Shown: positions 26,923-37,967 of the stretch, piece after piece | Position numbering within the stretch: position 1 is the first letter of the stretch | Layout of the letters: each line of letters starts with the position of its first letter | Assembly (NCBI GenBank): GCA_030704615.1 | Contig: CM060734.1 | Span: forward strand, 46,562,001 to 46,626,000 | Reading direction: 5' to 3' | Source of the DNA: Takakia lepidozioides | Lineage: Eukaryota; Plantae; Bryophyta | DNA length: 64,000 bases | The notes under the pieces: model-generated | What the model was told of the DNA's origin: nothing | Seen by the model: the letters and a program-made list of their open reading frames with translations, nothing else | Database searches by the model: none | Translations under genes and position numbers: made by a program

Positions 26923-29900
26923 TTGTACTCATAAGACGTTGTTTGCCGTAGCCTTGTGGCCATTGACCCCGCGCCCAGTTTGAGCGGGAACAAAAGGGAC
27001 AGAACCTACCTCTGTCAGGGGCTGACGTTGGTAGTAAGACTTACCTTCATATAAAGAATTAATCCGGGTTTTCCAGATATCCTCTAGAAATCCCTTCACA
27101 CAAGCATCAATCTGCTGTGTGTGATTTGCCCAAAAACTAGGCCTCAGGAGGGCCTGGGGTTTTGGCTCAGCCTCGAGACTTTCAAAGTTGGTAAACAGGG
27201 GTACAGGCACAATTCCCTTGATAGAATTGAAGAGAGCGTCTCTTTGGTGAGAGAACCCCGGACAGTGTATCAGAAAATGAATACTGTCTTCAGATTGCCC
27301 ACACAACGGGAAATTGCACTCTCCCTTTCCTCTCTGCTTCTGTTTGCTGTTCAAAGGTAGGCTTCCTGCCCTACAGCCTCTAAGTCAGATTTATCCAGCA
27401 GGGTCAAGACTTGCGGATCCAGGTCCAGGTCCTTGAGAATCTCTTCTACTCTCTTCTGCCAGGACTTAGCCTGTTTGACAGGGCGGTCCTGTTTCCAAGA
27501 TATAGAGTCGATTAACTTAGGATATCTGGTGTTGGGCATATGTTGCAGCTGACCCCACCATCTGACCTTGAATTCATCTCGTGGGGAGCTTAAGGACGGA
27601 ATGCCAAACTCACCCCGAACAGCCACATTGGCTGTTTTGGAGCATGCTGACATACACTCCTTAAGCACCCCCACTTGAATGGATTCTAGAGACTTAGCCT
27701 GGTTGGAGTTATCAAACCATATAGCAGATCCGTACTCCAAGGCAGGTCTAATAACGCGACAAAGCATGGTTTTCTTAACCTCAGAGTTGAACCCTCTGCA
27801 GTGGAAAAATTTAGTGAGCCCCAGAGCTTTGCCCTTGCCAGTTTGAACAACTTTCCGGATATGTGCATCCCAATTACAATTGGAGGAAAACTCAACGCCC
27901 AGGTAAGTGTAGGAAGGGAGGACCGGGATCTCTTGGCTACCCCACTGCCACTTAAGATCACTTCCTCCCTCTCCTCTGTCGCTGAATGCTACCACTGCAC
28001 ATTTGCTGACATTAGCCTCTAGCCCCCAAAGATCAAAGTATCTCTTCGCGCAATCAATCAACTCCTGGAGATTGGTTGGAGTCTCCCCTATGCCTGCAAA
28101 GTCATCCGCAAACATAAGGGCTGGTATGGTGGTATCACCCACCCTTAACCCAAATCCCTCACTTTCCACATCCTCGAGGAGTTGATTGATAAAAACATTG
28201 AAGAGCAGAGGGGAGAGAGTACATCCTTGAGCTACACCTTGGTCTATGTCAAAGAAGTTGGACTTCTGTCCGTTAACAGTGACACAGCTTTTGGTGTGAG
28301 CATACAAGTTGTGGACAACTCTCCACATCTTTCCCTTGATCCCACAAGACCAGAGGCGGAACCATAGGCCATCTCTCCACACTGTGTCATAAGCCTTTTT
28401 GACATCCAGGAAAAAAACGTAAGTGGGTTTCCCTTCTTTTTTCCTTCCCTGGATAATCTGGCTTAGAGTGAAGATATGATCCACACAGCCCCTGTTTCGC
28501 CGAAAGCCAGCTTGGCCTTCGTGGAAACAACCTCTAGACTCCAGATCAACCTCGAGACGAGTACTTATAACTCTGCAGAATGTCTTGCCAACAGCATTGA
28601 GGAGTGTGATGCCACGGTAGTTCCCCGGTTCTTCTCTGTCACCCTTCTTGTATAGATTGACAATAACCCCCTGTCGCCAGCGAAAGGGGATCATTTCAGT
28701 CTTCCAGATAAGGTTAAAGAGGAGAACTAGGGCCTCTATCATGGGATCGCCACCGTGCTTGATAAGCTCGTTGACAATACCATCAGGTCCACCAGCTTTA
28801 TATCCATTTAAATGTTCAATTGCTTCCACAATCTCAGAAGAACTAATGGGAGCGTTATAAGCCATTGAAATATACTCCAGTTCATCAGGGCTGTTTTGAA
28901 TCATAGTAACAGTTTTTCCAACTGTGTCGCTCCATTCAGCAGAAGACCCCTCACTGCTAGACCTAGAAGTTCTGCCAAGGATACTGTAGTGATTTTCAAA
29001 GGTTTTGACAATGTCAACCGATGAAGTCACCACTGCACCTTTAGTAGTCTTCAGCGCTTGTACTTGCTGACTGTTTTTAGGCTTGTACAAACGTTGAATG
29101 GCCAACCAGAATTTCTTGTCGTTACCACCATGGTGGTTTGAGTTTATTTCACTGTATAACTTGTCCCAGTATAATTTCTGCTGAGACCTAACAAGCTGAT
29201 TGATATCTTTACGGGGCTGGTAGTACCTCGCCCACAATTCTCTGTTGGTTTTCAAATTGCAGCACTTTTTATAAAGGGCTCGTCTCTCAGCTATCTTGAG
29301 TTTGATCTCATTGGTCCACCAATTAACAGCTCTACCGCAGACAATTAGTTTCCTCCCAATGATCTTGTCAGCCACGGAGGAAATGAAACTCTCCCAAGAG
29401 TCCACTGCTCTTTCGACTTCATTTCTTGCGTTGTCAGAGCGAGACTGAAGTTCTTGGAGCGATTGGACAAAATGAGGGAGAGCCTCTTGCAAGGCCTGGA
29501 CGTACTCAGCCTTGACCTCCTCATTATGGAATTTTTCTATGCGCCACTTCTGAATCGAACGTTTCACAGATCTCTTGGTGTTGGGAAAACACCGTTTGAT
29601 CTCAGTCCAAACCAGGAAGTGGTCAGAGGTACCAATATCAGTTCTGTCGATCAACACATTGGCACACTGGGGAAACAAATTTTTGTCCATTATGATATAG
29701 TCCACAATGGAACGTTCCCCAGTTTGGGATTTCTCACGAGTCCACTGCACTTGGTCACCTCTTGTCCTGTTATTCAAGGTCAAAAGCTGAAGCTCTTCCA
29801 GACAGTTAATTAACCGTCTGCCATTAGAATTCAGCTCGTCCTCACCAAAAGGCCCAATGATATCGTCCTGATGGAGCCCTTTGCCCACCCGGGCATTGAA

Positions 29901-31624
29901 GTCACCCAATAGCACTACCTGACCTTTGGCAAGGAACGAAGCACAGTGCAGCTTTACATCTTTGAAGGCTTTGTCTGCGTCAGCACTAAGGGTCCCCTCT
30001 GTGGGCATGTAAACACAACCCACCAAGAGGTCCTTTGTACTCATGCCGCCCTTCAGATTCAGTTTCAGCCAGATACTATGCTCGTACCTCAAACCCTTGT
30101 TGATAATTTCACAATTATCAAACAAGAAATCACGGACAAAGAATCCAACCCTTTTTTGACCGCGTTTGGCAGAGGCTGCCTTGAGAGTACACATCCTACC
30201 TGCCCATTTATAACCATTGACATCTCCAACCAGTTTATCCGTCGTTTCCCATGTTTCTTGCCCAGCACAGATATGAATATCATTAGTCCGAAGGACTTGT
30301 CCCACTTCGAGTTGTTTCCTGTGGTTAGTAAGCCCTGAGAAGTTGAAAGTGGCCAGCCGCAAGCCAGCCCTTTGCATGTGAATTGTTTGTCGTCTAGGTA
30401 GCTTGTGATTGCTCCTGGACGGCCAACCGTTCTGCAAAGGGGGGACAGTTACCCCATGTGTAGATTTTGCTCGTCTTGTGTAAACTTTGAGAATTGGTAA
30501 ACCATTCAGGGTACCAAATCCTTCAGTTACACGACGCACAGGCTCCGCACACTTAGGGGCATATTGTCCATCAGACTGCTTGGGGACAATTACCCCGTGT
30601 ATAGATTTTGCTCGTCTTGTGTAGACTTTGAGGATTGGTAAACCATTTAGAGTACCAAGTCCTTCAGTTACACGACGTTCAGGCTCTGCACACTTAGGGA
30701 CAGATTGTCCGTCTGACGGCTTGGGGGCAATTACCCCGTGTATAGAATTTGTTCGTCTTGTGTAAACCTTGAGGATTGGTAAACCATTCAGAGTACCAAA
30801 TCCTTCAGATTCAGGACGTTCAGGTTCTGTACACTTAGGGGCATCTTGTCCTTCTGGCTGTTTGGATTCAACCTCATCCAGAGCATCAAACCGATTAGAA
30901 ACTCTCAAGTTGAAGTCCTTGCCCTTGGTTGTCTTCCTAGAGCGCCCCATTGAATCACCAATGTCTAAGACCGCTCTCCAGCCAGTCAAGGGACAAACTT
31001 CTTTGAGATTGAATTGATGTGGGACTCTATTAGAAGCACTTTTGGTCATTGCAACCTTCAACGTACCCCTGTTATCAAGTCTCGAGATGGAACCATTAGC
31101 CATGAAATCCAAGCCTAAGCTAGAGCATGTAGTTTTAAAGGACACATCGTCCATCCTGGGATTCACCCCAAAAACTACACATGAAGCCCTAGATTTGGCA
31201 TAAGTAACCAATTCCCAGGAATCACCCTGGGGAGTGTTGATGTTGATAGGAGCTAAAGTTTTGATTGATCTCGCAGGCTATAAGTTTAAGCACAGGAACC
31301 AACCCGAGCCCAAGTGCCGAGTATGCTATACAGAGCATACGACTGCCCAATTTGGATACACGGGCCATTCCCTGCAACTCCCTGGAGTGTGATCTCTGAA
31401 TGGTAACAAGCGGACCCCTACCGCTTGGGGATATATTCTAAAGAGGGAAAGGCCCCAAGCTTTCCAACTAAATCCAATGCACTACCTTACCTGGAGCAAA
31501 GCGCTTCAGGTCGAAACAAACAAGGACACGAGGTCACAAGGCCGGCATTTAGTCACAGAGACATTAATGTACTCCCATATCAAGTCCACCCAATGGCAAT
31601 AGGCTTCCTAGAGGACAGGGAGGA
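26923..31624 (-). mobile_element. Near full-length non-LTR retrotransposon (LINE family A; APE endonuclease + RT + C-terminal Cys/His motif) with 14-bp TSD
   Basis: 1286-aa ORF 27351..31211 with APE motifs (LATFN, QETW, LGDFNAR, IVDYI, SDH) and RT motifs (YRGITLL, QAGFRRNR, FLDVKKAYDTV, GVAQGCTLSP, FADD, YLGV). Frameshifted tail 26929..27354 has PLCG...EDSIHFLIHCP. Identical AGTGTTTAATTAGA at 26909-26922 and 31625-31638. Confidence 0.96.
30441..30863 (-). repeat. Three in-frame 141-bp (47-aa) tandem repeats in the LINE ORF N-terminus
   Basis: The unit contains G(F/L)GTLNGLPILKVYTRR; the anchor 'tcgtcttgtg' lies at 30471, 30612 and 30753. Confidence 0.95.
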
Positions 31625-33455
31625 AGTGTTTAATTAGAGATGGATTCAATGGATTGGTTGGCAGATTTACATGGAGATAGAGAGCGCGGTTAATGAAGAA
31701 GCTGGCAAAGATCAAGAAGGAGCAAGGGGAGGTCGCTAAAGCAGCAGAGCTCATGCAGGAAGTCGCAGTATGTTCCATTCATGCTTATGCAAGATATGGT
31801 CTTGTACTCTTACATTTAAGTTACAACATAGCATTCTTTTGTTTCCTTTGAAGGCTTTCTTTACCTTACATGTGGCATCCCATATCATTCGTTCCCTCCC
31901 AAACGTGAATTTCAAAGTTTAGGCTCCCAGGTATGTGCATGCTCTATTCCTGCCTAGTCTTACTCCTTACTTTGTGAGTTCCGCAATTTGTGTTGCAATT
32001 TGTCGTCATGGTGACTAGCTTGTAATCTCTAATTTGTATGAGCAATGGTGATTCCTTCTAGCAATCCCCTTGTAAGATGGTTGCTTTTGTGCAAGCATCC
32101 AGTACTCGGGCTTTGGCGATCAGAAAAGGCGTCTACAGCCACCTATTTCTTTGCACGAAATTCTGTCATACCTATGAGTTTAAACCAAGGGTTCACAGCC
32201 TGTGCAATCTGGTGGGTGCAGTTCGAGACATTTGGTTCCATGGAAAAGACAGAGAAGATAGCCTTCATTCTTGAACAGGTAAAATTTTCTCATCATGTTC
32301 TTACCTTCTTTCATCTGAAGAGCGTCTAGTTTGCAGACAATCAGATTTTGCTACTAGGTGGAGAAGGGACACCTGGTAGTAGTCAGCCATTGAACACTGG
32401 CAGAGAATATGTAGGTGGCTATATTTTCTTTATGGTCTTGATTGCTTGGGTTGGGGTGTGACCTATGCAATACGAGTGAAGTTTTGAGGGTAGTAATAGC
32501 AGTTGGTAATAGGAGAGGTTATGTGAATGGCAGGTGCGGCTATGTTTGGATGGGAAAGACCATATGCGAACACAGATTCTGTCCAGGACGATAAGTCCCT
32601 GCGTTTCGAAGACACGGTCGAAAAAGTTCTCTAGAGGTAATAATTCCATAAACACCCAGAGAATAGAAGGATCGAAGATTGAACCCACCCTCCGAAAACG
32701 TAGGTGATAGTTTCGGAGACTCGGCTGGAAAGTATTCCCGCCCTTATCATTAGTGCTCAATGCTGAGACTGGCAAAGGGAAGAAGAAGCCTAAAGAGGGT
32801 GATAATGTTGTGGAGCAACTGGGCCCTGATATTCCCTCTCTTCTTGAGTTGAAGCGCATTTACTACGAGCTAATGATCAGGCAAAGCCTTTGATTTTTGT
32901 GAAAACTATGAGATTGAGTTGCTATAGCTAAATTCACAGATAGGATTGGATCTCCCACACAGCCGAAGTATGTGTAGTTTGTTTAGGCAGCGCAACAGCG
33001 TTAAACTATGGAATCAAATCTTTGTTTCCCAAATCACGGCCACCAATGGCCAGGAGCTGTGGGGTCTATTTGCATGCTGTTGTAGACAACTCAAAAATAA
33101 ACCAGTAAAGTGATGTTGTGTGTTGGTTCATTTGTGAACTACATGAATAGGCTGAAGAGCCACTATAAAGCCAATGGTGCAATTAAATTGAAACAAACTA
33201 TGTCGTATTAGACATGTGGCTTCCATGGTCAGGTTGCAAAATGGACAGATTTTGGCAGCAGGTGATTGACATTGCCTGTTTTTGGCTGGTAGCGCATTCT
33301 ACTGAAGTTTACATGGGAAATCTTCAAGGCTGGCCTTTTCAGGGCTTCTTCTGCAGAAAGTGTATGCAATGTTGCATAAAGGAAGTGCAAAATTTGCTAA
33401 CTGGAGCTGCAAGTTAATGCGAACTGTACCCCTGTGAGCCCCTATACCCTAGCCT

Positions 33456-33870
33456 ATTTCATTTCATTTCATTCTACCATGAAGCCTTCTTTGGTCCTCT
33501 GTGACAATAAAATTGTACAGCCCACTTGTCTGCAACTCTATCTCTCTCCTTCTACAAGCATTGGGAAGGTTCACATTGGCTTCACACAACACAGCCTGCA
33601 GATAGAGACTCGTAAACTGGACAATCTAGAGCGTACTGACCGCTTGTTCTTTGCTACAGAAGGGAGATTGAGACTGAACAATTTTTTTTCTTTCACTGTC
33701 CTTTGTATCATGAGATCTGGGGTAGATATTATTGCACCCAATCCCTCACTGAAGTCCTTCAGTATGAGGATCAGCAATGCTTGGCTGCATATCTACATGA
33801 GACCTAGAGATCTCTTGATGTTGATTAGGTGTTGGGCTGCTTGTTCAGCCCAACAGATTTTATGAAAATC
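33456..33870 (+). mobile_element. LINE family B 3' ORF remnant
   Basis: HSLQIETRKLDNLERTDRL, then frameshifted [16 protein letters not shown] and 'tatgaggatcagcaatgcttggctgca', matching the copy at 60770-61100. Confidence 0.7.
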
Positions 33871-34093
33871 TGTCTTAGAAGAGCCGCAATCTCTCAAGAC
33901 CCTAACAAGAGCTCCCCTGCTGCTTCAACCTCTAGTGTTGCATGTGCCATTTCTGCCTTATAAAGACAGACAAATTCGGAAACACCCCATTGTCTCACAA
34001 AACTTCAGCCAATCCCCTATATTTCACTTGATCTTCAAATCAATCATGCAACTTCATTGAACTAGGGCACAGACCTCAAGAGCGCCAGTGTGC

Positions 34094-34370
34094 TCACCCA
34101 TACCCATGATGGCGTACCCATACCACTTCAGCAATTCTCATGCACAATTCTGAGTCTGAAAGAACAGTAAATGCAGTTGTTGAAGGGGTCATACCTATGT
34201 TGGAGATTGCAGATGAGATGGGAATACAGGTATGCAGCAAGGTAAACAGCTTGGGAAGAATGCTACTCAGGAGGTCGATCAGGCCATCACGCCAACCGAA
34301 AGCATGCATGTTTCTTTGGAGAATCTCCAAGGGGTAATACCACTGGTTGACCCGAGATTGTCGAGTATGT
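34094..34370 (-). mobile_element. Possible Ty3/gypsy integrase remnant
   Basis: QSRVNQ...LEILQ...FGWRDGL...SNIGMTP resembles the integrase segment QSERVNQ.LE..LR...W...L...SSIGMTPF. Short and highly decayed. Confidence 0.4.
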
Positions 34371-34949
34371 ATGTTCCAATTCCACATGTCCATCAGACAT
34401 GTGGAATTGGAACATGTTGGTGGAACTTGTCAATAAGAAATCTGGAATTGGAACATCTCGATGAAACATATGGTTAATTCAACATGTTTGAGATTTTAGT
34501 GATTCAATCGACATATGGTACTCCATTTCAATTGAGCATGTCAATGAAACCCCCAAGTTGCTATTGTGCATTGCAAATCCCAGGTAGGAGTTCTGATGGT
34601 TATGATCTGAGATGGTTCAAGTTGTGACTTTCCGCAGTGAAAAGGTTGTTGTCAAAAATAATTCGTGGTAGTCAATCCATAATTTTGATGGTAGTTGAAT
34701 TGCAGCTGGTGTCCAAGGTTGTATATGCATGCATACCCCTTTGGCTGTGATGGGAGGGGTAACCAACAAAAAAGCCTGTGAATTTGTAGCAAGGATTCTC
34801 GTGAAGACGTCTTTCTTTGAAGTATGTAGGAGGTTTGGGATTTCTGTGAGTTGAGTGGAAAACTTTGTAAACTAAGAGTGCAAGTTGTGCAGGATGGCAG
34901 AGCTGAATCGGGCACAGTTGTTGGGACCATGCAGCTCCACAAGTGCTTT

Positions 34950-37048
34950 TGAAAGGGGAGGCAGAAGGGGAGTCAACAAACCGTCTTCTGCCACTTGTAG
35001 GGATGTGAGGACACTATGTAAGGCAGGAGAACTGAAAGAGGCGCTTCACATTTAGAACCAACAATGCATTTCAGCAGACTCCAATACTTATGTCTATCTC
35101 TTTGCAGGAGTGCATCAAAATGAAATGTGTAGCAGATGGAAAGCAAGTACATGCCCACATCATCCAAACAGGATTCAAGCCAAACATCTTTCTTCTCAAC
35201 ACCCTTGTCAACACGTATGCCAAGTGTGGGCGGGTTGTGGATGCACACCGAGTATTCAAGAGAATGTCTGAACGAGATATATTTACATGGAATATACTGT
35301 TAGTGGGATATGTCAAGCATGGGTTTGGGAGGGAGGCATTAGAGATCTATGAGCAAATGATTGAGGAAGGAGTGACCCCTGACAAGGTCACATACATTTC
35401 CGTTCTTAATGCTTGTTCCAGCCTTACAGCTCTGGACAGTGGCAAAAATGTTCATACCGACTTCAGCAGAGCTGGAATCACTCCCGATGTCGTTCTTGAC
35501 ACTGCCGTGGTTGCCATGTATGCCAAATGCGGAAGCATAAAGGATGCGCGCCGAGTGTTTGACAGCATGGCTCAACGAGATCTGGTCTCATGGAACACAA
35601 TGATTGCAGGGTATTCTCAGCATGGGTGCGGTAGGGAGGCTTTTGAGACTTATAAGGAAGCAATACAGGAAGGAGTGACGCCTGACAAGGTCACTTACAC
35701 ATGTGTTCTCAATGCCTGTACCACCCTGAGAGACCTGGGAAAGGGCAAAGAGGTGCATGCTGAGATTATGAGGGCCAGGATTGCACCAGGTATCATGATG
35801 CAGAACAGCCTTGTTGACATGTATGCGAAGTGTGGGAATGTCAAGGATGCATGTGAAGTTTTCAACAATATGGCTAAACGAAATGTGGTCTCATGGAGTG
35901 TAATGATTGCAGGATATTCTCAGAATGGGTATGATAGGGAAGCTTTTGAGACCTACGAGCAAATGATAGACCAAGGAGTGAGGCCCGATAATGTCACATT
36001 CGTTTGTATTCTCAATGCATGTGCCGGCCTCACAGCCCTGGGAAAGGGCAAAGTGGTCCATGCTGCCATCATGCGAGCTGGAATTGTGCCAGATATCATT
36101 TTGGAGACTGCCCTTGTTGCCATGTATGCCAAATGTGGGAGCATAAAAGATGCTCGTGGAGTGTTTGACAAAATGGCTCATCGAAATGTGATTTCGTGGA
36201 GTGCAATATCTACCAAACGTCCATCTGCATCTCGCAAAGCTGGGACCATTGTGGCAGCTCGCCGCTGCGCAGCCTTAACAAAGAAATATCTACTCATTTT
36301 TTCCCCTTTAAGGCTCCAATTGACTCCAGCTTTGACTCTGGAGAATTGCTCCTTGGCATGGCTGTCACTACTTTGATTCCATGAGTCGAGATCACGGGGT
36401 TACTCCTACAGCGGAACATTTTGGGTGCATGGTGGACCTTCTTGGCCGTGCAGGGCGATTGGATGTGGCAGAGGACTTTATTAATAAAATGCCCATTGAA
36501 CCAGGGGGGTCAGTGTGGAGGGCCTTGCTTAGTGCGTGCAGAATCCATGGTGATGTGTTGCTAGCAGAACGTGTAGCAAAATGCCTTCTCAAGTTGGATT
36601 CACAGGATGCTGCAACAGGTGCTGTTGTCAAACATCTATGCTGTTACTGGCCGGTGGAACGATCAAGCAAAAGTGAGGAAAATGATGAAGGACAGATGTG
36701 TCACAAAGGTGCCCGGGTGCAGCTGCATTTTGTGCTGAAGAGCTTGTCTGAGCAGATGAAGGAGGCTGGGTATGTGCCTGATATGCGCTTTGTATTGCAT
36801 GATGTGGAGGAAGAGCAAAAGGAATTCTCTCTTTGCCACCATAGTGAAAAGCTAGCATTTCTTTTGGGCTCATCAGAACACCCCCTGGGACACCTCTCCT
36901 TGTCATCAAAAACCTTCGGGTATGTGGTGACTGCCACACGGCCACCAAGTTCATCTCAAAGATTGTTGGGCGAGCTATTGTATTACGGGATAGGGGCCGC
37001 TTTCACCACTTCCAAGATGGGGTCTGTTCTTGTGGGGACTACTGGTGA
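34950..37048 (+). pseudogene. PLS-class PPR protein with DYW deaminase domain (organellar RNA-editing factor type), disrupted
   Basis: P-L-S triplets (LVNTYAKCG...A.RVF..M..RD..TWN) in 35090..36205; E-domain HFGCMVDLLGRAG, VWRALLSACRIHG; PGCS; GYVPD; HSEKLA; NLRVCGDCH; CSCGDYW* (37046-37048). Several frameshifts, internal deletions and a foreign insert. The 5' end is approximate. Confidence 0.92.
36208..36347 (-). mobile_element. L1-type LINE ORF2 linker fragment inside the PPR gene
   Basis: Antisense translation SRVKAGVNWSLKGEKMSRYFFVKAAQRRAATMVPALRDADGRLV fits the L1 W...GE..TKYFF linker motif. The PPR pattern stops abruptly at its edge. Confidence 0.6.
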
Positions 37049-37649
37049 AACCAACAAACATTTTTTTCCGCAGACGACTAGATCGGGCAATTGGAAGGTG
37101 GTTGTGCATGCTAGGCCAAGGGGGAGACGCATTTATCATGGCAAGTATCAGACAACTGGGGTGATGAGGAGGAGGAGGCCGATAAATGATGGAAAGCTGG
37201 CGCATCAAATGTGAGTCATCATCTGTCTGTATGCAAAGATGGAAACTTGAGTTTTTGCCCAAGATGTCGGGAAAGAAGACAGATCTCATGTTAGAGAAAG
37301 CTTCCTGTACAGCCTTGTGGACCATACAAACCCTGCTTGGTTTGCAAATTTGTAGGGAACAAAACAGAAAGGTTTGGAGGACAAGAGAGAAGGAGCTTCC
37401 TGACGTCCGCGGAGAACTGGAGGAGTGCTTCTGGTCAAATGTTGCATAAGATGTGCCAGCCCTGTAGGTAATTCCCTGACCATGCAGAATACAGAAGAGC
37501 GTCTGAATTTTAGAATATATTAATTATAAGCCAATTATTTCTTAAATAAATAATATCCAGGTCCTAGGTGTGACCGTAGCAGGCTGCGGCGGCTAGTACT
37601 AAAGTCCCCTAATATCTGTAAATATAAATAAATTTGTTTCCAACTCCAT

Positions 37650-37735
37650 CTCCATGGACTCTGCAGAGATATTGGAGGGTTTGAAGGATCGAACCCAGAT
37701 CACCCTGGATCTCAGTGAGCATGTGGGTAACAGTA
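37650..37735 (-). mobile_element. Degenerate tRNA-like SINE head (inverted copy)
   Basis: Minus strand CTGGGTTCGATCCTTCAA (B box 37686-37695) matches the plus-strand copy CTGGGTTCAATCCTTCAA at 17 of 18 positions. Confidence 0.45.
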
Positions 37736-37777
37736 TCTCTTCTCTCTATTTCTATGTATTCATTGTGTTGCACTTGA

Positions 37778-37930
37778 GCAGGTAGCCCAGTGGTTGGGGT
37801 ATTTGTGCCTTGCCTGTGGTGGTCCTGGGTTCAATCCTTCAACATGTGCCTTCCACCGTCCATTGGCCCTCGCTGGGCTGTGTGTTGAGCAGTAGGCTCT
37901 GTAAATTCACTGGACGTTAAACAAAAAGGT
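37778..37930 (+). mobile_element. Putative tRNA-derived SINE
   Basis: A box TAGCCCAGTGG (37783-37793) and B box GGTTCAATCC (37828-37837) at tRNA-like spacing. No complete cloverleaf. Ends in GGACGTTAAACAAAAA. Confidence 0.55.
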
Positions 37931-37967
37931 TACTTTTACAGTGAAATAACCACGGTAAATGATGGGG

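Larger units (their letters stand above)
26723..32880 (+). pseudogene. RPN5: RPN5/PSMD12 middle exons on the opposite strand, interrupted by a LINE
   Basis: TAVVQQAIHYMEDIPDLDTR...VSSGK (26723-26809); IYMEIE...[26 protein letters not shown] (31665-31767); ETFGSMEKTEKIAFILEQ (32222-32278); VRLCLDGKDHMRTQILSR...[12 protein letters not shown]...[17 protein letters not shown] (32534-32880, split by a ~150-bp insert). Confidence 0.9.

Noticed and set aside
31212-31624. Self-cleaving ribozyme or intron in the LINE 5' UTR
   Set aside because: I could not build an HDV or hammerhead core by eye, and donor/acceptor-like sites give no upstream coding exon. An Infernal search would be decisive.
37778-37850. 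Functional tRNA gene
   Set aside because: A and B boxes are present, but I could not form acceptor and anticodon stems.
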